A program made the position numbers and the translations under genes. From Thecamonas trahens ATCC 50062 (lineage: Eukaryota > Protista > Apusomonadida), in contig NW_013657653.1 in assembly GCF_000142905.1 (NCBI RefSeq), forward strand, positions 157,649-221,648: a stretch of 64,000 nt of DNA, given 5' to 3'. The notes under the pieces were generated by a model. The model was not told the origin of the DNA. It saw nothing but the letters and a program-made list of their open reading frames with translations, and ran no database searches. Below are positions 1 to 11,300 of this stretch, one piece after another. Position 1 is the first letter of the stretch; every line of letters starts with the position of its first letter.

Positions 1-1
1 G

Positions 2-2578
2 CTGCTGGGGCGGTACGCCGAGGCCGAGTGGGAGGATGTGGAGACGCGCAACAAGCTTGTGGAGCGGCTCTGCATCGCGCTCGCCAACGTGGCGGTGCAG
101 ATGATCGAGTGGACGACGCCAATTGCCGACGTGGTGGCCGGCTTTGGCGAGTCGCCTGCACTCTCGTTTGTGCTCCTGCGGTTCCTGGCGGTCTTTCCGG
201 AGCAGGTGAAGGACGGGCGGAACCCCGTGATCTTCAACCGCAAGATCCAGCTGGCCAACTACCTGGAGGCTGCGTCTGAAGACGTGCTCAACCTTCTGCA
301 TCAGTTTCTGAACATGGCCAGCGAGCCTGATGCGCAAATGGCGCTGCTTGTGGCGTTCCGGTCGTGGCTGACTGCCGGCGAGCTGCCGCGCGACCGGTTG
401 CTCACCTCGCCACTTGTGGAGCTTGCGTTTGAGGCCACCAACCGGCCCGAGCTGTTCGAGGCTGCGCTGGCGACGCTTGCCGAGCTTGTCAAGTACACAA
501 CCGAGACCGGAACGGAGCCCGGGAACGAGGTGGCGCTTGCAGTGCTGGACAACTCGCTTGCACTCAGCCCTGCGCTTGCGGGCGTGCTGAATGGCGACAT
601 CGAGCCGGGCCCACTGGCCGAGGCAATCATCCGGTTTTTCATCGACGTGGGCGAGAGCTACGTGGTGCTTGCGGCACGCGGGCACGAGCCTGCCCTGGCT
701 GCGGTGGAAATGGTACTGGCCATCAACTGCGCGTCAACAACGTCGCTGCAGCATGTGGAGGCGACGATCATGTTCTGGTACCTACTCGCCGAGGAGGTTA
801 ACCAGTTGCAGTCGGCCAAGCACACGGCTGCGTTTGCCAAGACGTTTCAGTCACTGCTGGCGTCGCTGGTGGAGCGTGCGGCGTACGGGCCCAATGCCGA
901 CAACGAGAGTGACGAGGCGCTGTTTGATTTTATCACCTTCCGGACGCGGCTCGGCTCGCAGATGCTGCGCGACATCTGCCTGGTGCTGAGCGGGCACGGG
1001 GTGCTTGCAGAGCTGTGCTCGATCCTGCACGGGCTGCCCGAGGTGTACCACGACGAGGCGGGCCGGCTTGTGGGCTGGCAGCCTATCGAGGCGCTGCTGT
1101 TTGGCATCAATGCATTGGCATCCGAGGTAAGCGCCGAGGAAAACGAGCTGCTGCCGGGTCTGCTGGAGTGGCTTACGAGCCTGCCGCTCCATGAGCGGCT
1201 CTCGACCTCGATCCTCATTGTGTTTTCGTCGTATGCGCGGTGGCTCAAGTACCACCCGGAGCAGCTCGGTACGATTGTCGAGTACACGGTCGAGCTTGTC
1301 TCACAGCCGATGGTGCAGGAGGTCGCAGCGACGACGCTCAAGTGCATTTGTGACGACTCTGCGGTGTACCTCGGAGCCAACTTTGAGCAGCTGGGGCAGA
1401 TGTTTCTCGACGCGCTGGACGGTGAGTGCTCGCATCTGACGCGAGCGGAGCTACTCCGCGCCTGCGGGTTTGTCATTTCCGAGATGGAGGTGGAGAAGGC
1501 AGTTGCAGCGATGGCACAGATGTACGAGCCGATTTCGGAGCGGATTGTGGCGCTGTGCGAGAGCCTGTCTGCCGGGAGTGGGTCGGACCAGTCTGTGTCG
1601 CAGCTGCAAGAGCTCCTTGCGCTTGTGCACTCGCTGGTGCAGGCGTGCTACGTGCCAGACGAGAACTATGTACACATTGTGCAGACGCTGGGCATTGCGT
1701 TTATGCGCGGGACGTGGGGCCTCATGTCTGCCGTCCTCGAGCTCTGCTCCGAGGTGGAGACCGTTTGCGAGACGATTTGCGGTGGAGTGCTCAAGTACGC
1801 TATTAAGGCGACGGGCGTCGAGTTTCTGGAGTTTCTGGAGCCGATTCTGGAGGCTATGCTTGAAGGCTATCGGGCGCAGCCGTTTTCATGCTACCTGTAC
1901 GTGGTGTACATGCTTATGGCACGGTTCTGTGCAGCGTCTGAGCTCGAAGAGCTCATCACCAGCAAGCTCTCGGCGTTTTCTGTCATCACCTTTGAGCGAC
2001 TCCAGCAAGAGAACGGGTTTGTCATGCACCCGGAAGTGGTCATGGAGTACTTTGAGATTGTCGTTGCGATCTTGCGGCGTGTGCCGCGGCTGGTGGTGGC
2101 GGATAGCGAGCTGCTCCGGACGCTGCTGGACTGCGGCCTAGTGGGCCTCAAAGTCGACCACGTGCCGGCGTGCCGGGCGGTGCTGGCGTTTGTCGACCAC
2201 ATTGTCGTCTGCGCGCTTGGCACAAACAAGGGCGAGAAGCTCAGCGGCGAGCTACACGAGCTTGTCCTACGAACGCTCGACGAGTACGGACCGTCGATCT
2301 CGTCTGCGCTCGTCCTCACCGTTGTCCACAAGCTCGCTGACCTTGAGACCGAGATTGCCGCCGTCCTCCTCTCGTTCCTTCAGCTTGACGTGGTCAAGTT
2401 CTGCACCTGGATGTACGACGTCTTGGACCTCATTCCAGACTCGCTGGTCACACCGCAGAACAAGCACGAGCTGATGGAGCATCTGGCCAAGTCGCAGTCG
2501 CGAGCAGAGGTCTCAGTCATCATGAAGGAGCTGGCGGTTCTTTACCGCATGCGGGCAGAGGCGCCTGGTGCGCGTTGA
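2..2578 (+). CDS. TNPO3: Transportin-3 / Mtr10 (importin-beta family), 5'-partial
   Basis: Frame open from the window start. HEAT-repeat protein with WQPIEALLF...EVSAEENELLP and YARWLKYHPEQL, typical of TNPO3/Mtr10; importin-13 is the less likely alternative. Confidence 0.85.
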   Translation: MLGRYAEAEWEDVETRNKLVERLCIALANVAVQMIEWTTPIADVVAGFGESPALSFVLLRFLAVFPEQVKDGRNPVIFNRKIQLANYLEAASEDVLNLLHQFLNMASEPDAQMALLVAFRSWLTAGELPRDRLLTSPLVELAFEATNRPELFEAALATLAELVKYTTETGTEPGNEVALAVLDNSLALSPALAGVLNGDIEPGPLAEAIIRFFIDVGESYVVLAARGHEPALAAVEMVLAINCASTTSLQHVEATIMFWYLLAEEVNQLQSAKHTAAFAKTFQSLLASLVERAAYGPNADNESDEALFDFITFRTRLGSQMLRDICLVLSGHGVLAELCSILHGLPEVYHDEAGRLVGWQPIEALLFGINALASEVSAEENELLPGLLEWLTSLPLHERLSTSILIVFSSYARWLKYHPEQLGTIVEYTVELVSQPMVQEVAATTLKCICDDSAVYLGANFEQLGQMFLDALDGECSHLTRAELLRACGFVISEMEVEKAVAAMAQMYEPISERIVALCESLSAGSGSDQSVSQLQELLALVHSLVQACYVPDENYVHIVQTLGIAFMRGTWGLMSAVLELCSEVETVCETICGGVLKYAIKATGVEFLEFLEPILEAMLEGYRAQPFSCYLYVVYMLMARFCAASELEELITSKLSAFSVITFERLQQENGFVMHPEVVMEYFEIVVAILRRVPRLVVADSELLRTLLDCGLVGLKVDHVPACRAVLAFVDHIVVCALGTNKGEKLSGELHELVLRTLDEYGPSISSALVLTVVHKLADLETEIAAVLLSFLQLDVVKFCTWMYDVLDLIPDSLVTPQNKHELMEHLAKSQSRAEVSVIMKELAVLYRMRAEAPGAR

Positions 2579-2655
2579 GAGCTAGCTGGCCAAGCCTTTT
2601 GTCGGGGGGCAGTCGTGAGAGATAAAGTGTGGATGCCACAGCGAGATGCAACGGC

Positions 2656-4179
2656 TCACGACGAGAGTTGCGACACGCGGAGCGTCGATGATGCGATCGG
2701 CGAGGTAGAAGAGGATGCGGCAAACGAGGCCGACATTGAGGCTGCGCGGGAAGAGGCAGATGCGGGACCGGCCGCGCGAGTCGACGTCGGCGCTGGTCGG
2801 CGAGTGGCGGCAAGTGATGAGGCCGCCAGCTCAGCACCCTTGGTCAGAGTGAAGCAGGCAGTCTTTTCGCGATAGGTGGTGGTGTAGGTGGAGGCGAGGC
2901 GGCCAAAGCCTGCGACGGCCGATGCCGAGTCCGAGGCGGCACGCGAGGCCTTGGACCGCGAGCGCGGCGGCGTTGCCCACGACGGGAACGGTGAGTCCCA
3001 CGATGAGAGCGACATAAACGCCGGCAGGTTCTTGGACTCGGCAGCTTTGGCGCGAGCAGGTGAAGCGTGGATCCGGTCCATCATGGCGGCCTTGTCAGCG
3101 GAGCGCAGAGTGGAGACGAGCTGAAAGTAAGACGGCGCGCGCGACTGGTCAAGGTCCATCGAGGCCATGAGCGCAGCCGATGGCTTGTCAGTGGCAGAAG
3201 CGGCGGCAGCACGCCAGACGTGCGGCGTACCGCCAACTGATGCCCGGCGACCGAGCGGGTGGCGGTCGATGTGGCTGAGGCGATGAGCCCTAGCTGCCAG
3301 GTCGTGTGCGGCCGGGGCGCGGGGCGCGGCCGCATCGTCGAGAACCCGATCGACGTAGGCGAGGGTGCTATGTGGCGAGGGGTTTGCCAGCGAGCCATGC
3401 TCTTCAGGAGCGGAGCGGCGGCGAACAAGGGTCGGCACGCTGTACGCGGCATAGGCCGCGTCTCCGCGCGGGCGGCTGCGGGTGCGCGGCTCGATGGGCT
3501 CGAAAAGGTCGTCGATCGAGTACTCGGGGTTGAGCTCGGACTCGATAGGCGGCGCCGGCGGGCGTGGGAGTAGGACGCGCAGCAGGTGCCGCGGGTCGTC
3601 TGCGCCGGCGGCGGCAGCGGCGGCGGCAGCAGCAGCAGCCTCGTCCTCATCGGGCTCGAGAGTGATGGGCCCAGGCCCAGCGTTGAGCTTTGAGAGGACG
3701 GTGTGTGGGTCGATGGCGCCGATGGGCAGCTCGGCGGCAATGGCCGCGGCCGCGGCCGTGGCCTCGGCTTGGCGGGTGGTGCCCTCGCGAATGGGCGAGA
3801 CGGCAAACTGCAGCTCGGCGAGACAGCGCGAGAAGGGCTTGACGACCCGGGCGTGCTTTGGCGTGGCCGTTGCCGACGCCGAGCCCGGAGCGGCAAATGA
3901 CGAGAGCGACGACGGGGCAATACCAAGCGCGGTCATTCGCCGCTTCGCCGCAGGTGAGAGTCGTGATGCTGCTTGCATTGATGCCGAGATGTCGGATGAG
4001 CCCGGGTGTGGGCTTCGCCGCATGCCGGGTGGTGCGCGCGGGTGAGGTAGGTGGGCCGGTGGCGGGGAAGGCTGGGCAGGATCGACCGCCGTTAGCCAAC
4101 GGTCTGCGGAAGGAGAGAGGAAACTGTAAAAAAACTCTATTTGTGATGACGACATGGAGGGCGACATGGAGGGCGACAT
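2656..4179 (-). CDS. Hypothetical low-complexity Ser/Ala/Pro-rich protein
   Basis: Long ORF (2656..4347) with coding-like codon usage; likely ATG at 4179 (MSPSMSPSMS) after a poly-C tract. No recognisable domain. Confidence 0.5.
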   Translation of the reverse strand: MSPSMSPSMSSSQIEFFYSFLSPSADRWLTAVDPAQPSPPPAHLPHPRAPPGMRRSPHPGSSDISASMQAASRLSPAAKRRMTALGIAPSSLSSFAAPGSASATATPKHARVVKPFSRCLAELQFAVSPIREGTTRQAEATAAAAAIAAELPIGAIDPHTVLSKLNAGPGPITLEPDEDEAAAAAAAAAAAGADDPRHLLRVLLPRPPAPPIESELNPEYSIDDLFEPIEPRTRSRPRGDAAYAAYSVPTLVRRRSAPEEHGSLANPSPHSTLAYVDRVLDDAAAPRAPAAHDLAARAHRLSHIDRHPLGRRASVGGTPHVWRAAAASATDKPSAALMASMDLDQSRAPSYFQLVSTLRSADKAAMMDRIHASPARAKAAESKNLPAFMSLSSWDSPFPSWATPPRSRSKASRAASDSASAVAGFGRLASTYTTTYREKTACFTLTKGAELAASSLAATRRPAPTSTRAAGPASASSRAASMSASFAASSSTSPIASSTLRVSQLSS

Positions 4180-4486
4180 GGAAGGCGATGGGACACGAGA
4201 GTGAGGCAAGTGGAAAGGGGGGGGGGGAGGAAGGGGGGGGGGGGGGTCGTAAGGCTTTGCGGTGGTGGTTTGGGGACTATGGGCAGTGGGGGCAGCGATG
4301 GCTTGGAGGGAGGAGGGAGGAGGGAGAGTTGGGGGTGATGCGCACATGTGCGGCTGTCAACAGCACCTGGATGTCACGTGGGCTTGGGCCAATGGCTTGG
4401 AGGTACCAAAACCGGGCGGCTTCACGGCCACTGGCAGAGAGGCGAGTAAGAAGACACCTCTTCTCGCGCAAGTACAGGTACAGACA

Positions 4487-5355
4487 ATGATGAGCGAGAG
4501 GACGTACGCACAGGAGCGGAGTCCACTGGTGGCGGGCAAGGGCGTTGGGCCGGGGTGCAGAGCGGTGACGCGGCCGGCGACAAGGAGCCAACGCCTTCGC
4601 TGTGGCGCAAGGTACTGGCGGAGACGTTTGGCACGACGATGCTAGTGACGATTGGATGCGGGGCGCTGGCGTCGAACGGGGCGGGCCTCTCTACGCTTGT
4701 GCCTGCGTGGGCGTTCTCGGGCGTGGTCATGGCCATGATCATGTCGCTGGGTGGGATCTCGGGAGCGCACCTCAACCCCAACGTGAGTCTGGCGTGTGTG
4801 GTGCTGCAGACGCTGACGGTGGTGGAAGGCGTGGCGTTTATGGCGGCGCAGATGGTGGGCGGGGTGTTGGGCGCGGCGTTTCTGTGGCTTGTTCTTCCGC
4901 CGTCGACAGACCCAGGCATGCCTGATCTGGCAGTCTCGTGCACCCGACTTGCGCCGCGGATGCACGGATGGCAGGGCATGCTTGTAGAGGCGGTTGGCAC
5001 GTGCCTGCTGGTCACGGTGGTGCTTGTGGCCGACGTCCATCGGCCGTCGAAGCGCGACTCGACGCTCTCGGGCCCGCAGGGTGTGATGCTTGCGCTGATG
5101 TCGATCATTCTGTTTGCTGGTCCGCTCACTGGCGCGGGCCTCAACTACGCACGTGTCTTTGGTCCTGCACTTATTTCTTCTGGCGATTGCTGGGACAACC
5201 ACTGGCTATGGCCGGTTGGTGAGGCGCTTGGCACGCTGCTCGGCGTGGCGGTGGCGGTCACCATTGTGCCGGGGCTCTGGCGGCGGGTTCTTCCCACCAA
5301 GAAAGAGCCTGCGGTGGGGATGACCAACATGGCGTACGCCGCGACGCAGGCTTGA
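4487..5355 (+). CDS. Aquaporin (MIP family) with non-canonical NPN/NYA boxes; one apparent frameshift at 4552-4555
   Basis: LAETFGT, SGAHLNPNV, LVEAVGT, GAGLNYARVFGPAL, WDNHWLW and six hydrophobic helices. The ATG at 4487 joins the main ORF if GGGG at 4552-4555 is G5. Confidence 0.9.
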
Positions 5356-5387
5356 TCGGGGGTAAAACAGTTTAGTGACGTGTCGAC

Positions 5388-8300
5388 TTAGATCCGGCTG
5401 CCTATCGACGACCACTCCTCGTCCGAATTCTCGAGGACTCGCGGCTGCGAACCAACAAGCAGCGAAGCTGAGGCATCCAGCTGATCTGTGGAGAAGACCT
5501 TGGACCGGGACCAGGCCGCAAGCCGCTGCATGCCGGACATCTCGCGAGTGAGGACGACGCTTGACGAGTGGTCCGACGGGTCGGAGAGCTGGGCATTGGA
5601 GCGCGGGGCTCTCGGTGAGCCGAGAGCGGACGAGTCAGCCGAGGCAATGCTCGAATCTGAGACCTGAGCGGTCATGCCGGGCGATACGTTGAGGGCACGG
5701 AGAACGGTAGACTTGGTGAGGACCGCACCGGCCGGAGCAGCGTCGACCGAGCCGACGTCAGCGCGGCGCGCGCGGGCGCGCGCGGTGTCGTCCATGACAG
5801 GTGCGTGACGGGCGCCTCGGGTAAGTGCGTCGAGATCGCACTCGACGATGGCATCCGAGGCAGCGCTCATGGCGGTCGACGCAGCTGAGGTGAGGTGCGA
5901 GGCCTCCGCGTCTGAGCGAGCTGAGGCGATCGAGCGCGAGCGCATGGCAAAGAGAATGACGACAACGATGGCGGCGATGGCGACAACGACACCAGCGAGG
6001 ATGGCCCAGCCAAAGTTTGTCTTGGCGCCAGAGCCAGATGCGCCGTTGAGCGGAATGCCGACCGGCGGGCCGGTGGCGAGCGAGACGGCCGAGGAGCCGG
6101 CCTCGAGCTCGGACGCGGCAGTGTAGCCGGCGGCAAGCGCTACGTCTCCGGTGAGAAGGAGGTCGAGAGCGCAGGCATCGATGAGCGCTTGCGTGCCGAC
6201 AAACTGGGCGCAGGTGGCCGATGCCGAGTCGACTTGGTCTTGCGGCCAGGCTGAGAGCGAGAACTGCGCGGCGGCGGCCGGTGAGGGACCACAAGGTCGG
6301 CGGTGCCCGGTAGGGCGTCGTTTCTGGCGCGCCACGAGTTGACAAAGGTGCTCGAGTAGATGAAGGCGGTGTTGTCGGGCGAGCCAAGCGAGCCGTCGGA
6401 GGCCTTGATGTCATTGCTCTCATCGCCGTCGGGAGTGCCGAGGAGGCCGAAGATCTGACCCTGGGTAAAGGCCGGGATGACCGGACGGATGTACAAGTAC
6501 TGGACGTTGTACGACGAGGCAAGGACGTTGACCTTGAGGCCGAATCCACCAGAGCCGATGTAGTCAACCTGGAGGCGGAGCGCGGCGGCTGCGTCGATAG
6601 CGCCGGACCAGCCGTAGCTGATGCGAACGGTGGCGCGGGCGGCATCGCCAACATCGAGTTCGCCGTCAAGCGGCGCGCCGGGAGCGACGGCTGCCGACGT
6701 GTCGAGCGTTTGCCACTCGGCGGCGCCAGGCAAGCGGAGGGCAATGCGCGGCCAGGCAATCGGGAGGCCAGGGGCCGGCGGGTCGGTGCGGATGATGGCA
6801 ACGGCCGGGCGGCCGGCGAGCGAGACGCCAGCGCCGGCGTTAACGGCAGCAGAGCCAGCTGCGGCGATGCGGGTGGTGGCCGAGTAGTCACGAGTCCCGG
6901 TGAGGACAAAGTCGCCCGAGGCCTGGAACGACCAGTCGAGGCCATCGTACGAGCGGATGTGCGGGTCGCCGTAGGCAGCGGCAAGCGGAATGTCGGCGCA
7001 GGCGTAGGGATACGGCAGGACCGAGACCTCGTCGACAACAAGCGCGCCGGTGTGGAAGCGGTGCATGACGTAGACGGTAAGGGCAACAACAGGCTCGTCG
7101 TAGCGAACCGAGCCGGTGATCATGGAGGCTGCGGTAGTGCCAGGCTTGATGGCCACGTGCTTGCCGTAGTCCCACTCGCCCGACTCGAGCTCGGCGTCGA
7201 TGTAGATGGACAAGTACGGGGCGTAGCCATCCGAGACGGCGTCGGTCGTCACCTGCGCCGCGATAAAGAACGCAGTCTGCGGAGACGCGAGCTCAACGCG
7301 CTGGCCAACAATGATGTCGTCGGACGAGTCGCTGTTAACCAGACTGAGTGCCGAACCGGTGTGGACAAGCTCGCCGCCCGAGTTGCCCATGTACGGCGCC
7401 CAGGTTCCGATCATGCCAGCCTCGACCGGGGCGAGCGGCTCGTCAAAGCTTGGGTTGGCGAGGATGTTGAAGCCCGACGTCGCAGGGTCCATGCACGTGC
7501 CGTCAGCCGTGGAGCGGGTAGGCACAACGGCAAGCTCGATGCCGCGAATGAAAGCGAGGTCGTCAGACGCGGTGTTGGAAACCATGAGAATAATCTCCTT
7601 GACGCCGGCGGGAACGCCGATGTCGAACCGGCCGGTGGCAATGTTGCCCGAGAGGGTGAGGCCCGGGAGCCATCCATCAAAGACGGCGGTGAGGACTACC
7701 GAGCTCCCGACCTTGGCTTCGTAGCCAATGGTGAGTACAGCGCGGCCAGCGTGGGAGAGGATAGGGTCTTCGACGTTGAAGGTGGCCGAGAGGGAGGTAC
7801 CAGCAGTGATGGAGATGGCCGGGACATGTGAGAGCGGAGCGAGAGCATTGGCGCCGACAGCCCAATCAGCAGGCGCGTCGAGCGTGAGCTGGGCGGGCAC
7901 GAGATTGAACGGCGCGGCGGCCGGATCGATCATATTCCACGACCGCTTGCCGCTGCCGCAGACGCCGGCCGAGCCGCAAAGCTGCGAGAGACGACGGAGG
8001 AGGACGCGGCCGCCATCGACGCCGTCGACGCCGACCATGCGAGTGGTGGCACAGCTAAGATCGGCGGTGACCGAGACAAGAGCGTTCGAGGCACAAGGCT
8101 TGCCCTCGGGAGTAATTCCGGTACCATCGGCGAGAATGAGACACGACGCGCCCCACGCGCAAGTTGCCGAGAAGCTGTCAAAGGTCGAGGCGGCCGATGC
8201 AGCAGCACCAGCTGAGCAGAGCTTGGCGGCGAGCGCGTGGTAGACCTCACCCGAGTTGGGCGCAACCTCCCATCCGCACGGAAGCTCGGAGAGCGGAGTC

Positions 8301-11300
8301 GGGTCCGCCGTCGCCGCATTGCAGTCAGTGCCGTAGTCGTCACCCTCAAAGACGGCGTACTCGTAGCAGCCGATCGAGGTGAGACCAGCAAGGGACGGCG
8401 GGTTGCGGGAGATGACGGCGTACGGCTCGCTGACGCCCAAAAGACGGGCACCCTGGTTGACGCCAGCGCACGATCCGCCGGGCACAAAGGTGACCGAGCC
8501 GGTGAGGCCGCCGCTAAGGTCGCACGAGGCGCAGGCCGCGGCCGCATCGCTGGGGGTGAGGACGAGGGATGCAGTGGCAGAGGCCGCAAGCTCGAGCGCA
8601 AGCGCAGGATCGGCGGTGATGACAAGCGACCTCTCGTTGGGGCTGACCTCGAGCTGGGCGCCGACAAGCGCAGCAGTAGCCGCAAATGATGAAGTGTCAA
8701 AAGCGTAAGGCATGCCCGCGTCGAGATCAAGGGTGATGACGATGGCAGCGGCGGCAGCGTCCGAGTAGGCGAGGTCAAAGCCGCGGACGTGTGCAAGAGA
8801 GAGGTCGACGAGAGCCGAGCCGTCGGTGGCGGCGGTGGCACGAAGGCCGAGGGAGAGCGCGGGCGCGGCGCGGGTGGCGACGATGCCCGGGTAGGTTGCC
8901 GGAGCGGCGGCGTGCCAGAGAGTGGCGGAGAGCGGCAGGTCTGGTGCGGTCGACGGAGCCCAGTCGTTAAGCGGAAGACGGAAGTCGGGCACAAGGTGGG
9001 CTCGAACAGTGATGACAAGCTCATTGTCGGCCGGATCGGCAGAGGCCGGGCGAACGATAAGCGGCGCGACCGGAGTGAGATCGAGCGAGCGCGCGTCCGG
9101 GGTAAGCGGGATGTCGGCGTCGACGATGCCCGCAAACGAGGCGGAGAGCACAGCCGACTCGAGGACCCAGGTCTCATCGATGTCGAGGGTGAGTGTAGCT
9201 GGCACCATTGTCCCGTGCGGGAGCGTGGCGGTCAAAGTCAGGTCGACTGACTCATAAGCGAGGACCGGGAAGAGGCGAGCGGCCGAGGCACTCGCGCATG
9301 TGGTGGAGATCTCGAGCGGGCGAGCGACAAGCGGGGTGATGGCGACCGAGTGGGCGGCGACGGCACCATGGGTGAGCGTCGGCGGGACGACTTCCGGCTG
9401 GCAGACCGGTGCGGTAGGGGCCAGTGAGCGAGCGCGGTAGGCGACGTCGAGCTCGATAGGAAGGACAAACGAGTCGCCGATGGGCACCGAGTCCGGCAAG
9501 GTAGCCACAAAGGTGCAGACAATGGCGTCGTGGGGGCTAGCGAGGCCAAGTCATAGCTGAAGAGGGTGGCCGAGGCCGAAGTCGGGACAAGGGCGCTGGC
9601 TGACTCGATGGGAGTGTCGTCGAGGTGGAGGACGCAGTCAACGGCAACGTAGTCGGGCTTGGCGACGGTAAAGACAAGGTCGTAGGCGGGTGCCAGCGGG
9701 TGCCAATCGATGGTCTTGTGCTCCGTCGTCGAGGTCCAGGTCAGGACGTCGCCGGCCTGGTAGGTGTCTAGCGCAACCGCCGAGTCGAGCGCCGGCTGCG
9801 AGATGCCGAGCGTCGGCGAGATGACGACCTGTGTGGGCGAGGTGCCTGCCACGGAGAGCACGTTGCTTGACGAGGCCGAAGTAGTGTAGGCGTACGAGGC
9901 AAAGAGCGCGACGTACGAGCCCTGGGCAGCGTCAGCATCAACGACGGTAGTGACGGTGATGGTGATGACGTCGCCGGGAGTCTCGGCATTGTTGGGGTTG
10001 TTGATGATGGCGTCGGGATGCGAGCCGTCGTAGAGCGGGATGGAGAGCATGCCCCACGAGGTGACCGGCGGGACATCAAGCGAGACGCCGTCGAGGGAAG
10101 TCGGCGAGCTGATGGAGGCCGAGCCCGAGATGATGGTGAGCGGGCCGCCGACACCGACGTAGAGGTGCGGGTTGTGGTTGACACCCTCGGGGAGGAAGAT
10201 GCTGATCTGGAAAGTGAGTTCCTCTGAAGGCGCGACGTAGGGAAGGTCGTCAGTGCCAAGGCAGGCATCAACAATGTCGACAGCGACGACAGCGGCAGCG
10301 AGGGTCCGGTCAAGGGTGACTGGGTCGGGCGCGTAGGTTTGCAGGCAGCCAATGGCGGTGGGCGCCGGCGCAGCCGCAAACGTGCGCGCGGCCGTGTAGG
10401 TGACGACAGCGCCAGACGGCGCTGACTCGGCGATGACGCCAGGCAGCGCCAGGACTGAGATGTCACCCGGGTCGAGTCGCGGGTAGAGGAGAGTGACGAT
10501 GTTGCCGTCGGTGGTGATGGACGACGGCGCTGGTCCGGAGCGGTGGGCGAGGTCGGCGACGTCAAAGGTGTGGTACTCGGGAATGGTGACAGGTGACACG
10601 GATGGCGACGTCGAAGGCCGGGGTGTGGCGAGCGATGGGGACCGAGACCGCGAGGTCGAGGGTGATGGTGTCGAGAGCGTCACCGATGATCGTCGGCGTC
10701 GACGAGAGGGCGACATCAACGTCAGGCTGAACAACGTCCAAGTGGTAGCGCGAGGTCACGCGCGCGCCTGACGACGTGATGGCACGGGCCCTGACCGAGA
10801 CGCGGCTCGGAATGGTTTGCGGATCGGCGGAAGCGTCAAGCCAAAGAGTGACGACAAAAGAGATCTTGTCGCCGTCAGAAACAACGTTGTCGGGAGCATT
10901 GGTGAGCGAGCCGAGCTCGATGGTGGCGGCCGAGCCAGCAGCGTTGATGGTAGCTGACGCGCCAGACCAGGAGATGGTCGGCGGGTCCGGGGTGGGACAA
11001 TCGATTCGATGACGAGGATGCCTGCGGCAGACGAGGCAAACTCAATTTGGGTGTCGGGCGAGACACCCTCAGGCAGGAGGATGTCGAGAGTGACGGTTGC
11101 CGACTCGCAGGGCGCAAGGTCAAATTTGCCAGACCGATCCGCGGCCTTGGCGGTAAAGTCAAACGAGGTCTCGCCGTCGCGCCAGGCGAACGACGGCGAG
11201 GCGATGGTGACCTGCGCGGCAGTGGACGAAGGAGAGACGCGGCGAGTGCTGAGCGGAGCAGCAGCAGTGCCGTCGTAGCCCGCGGGCGCTGCGGCGGGCG

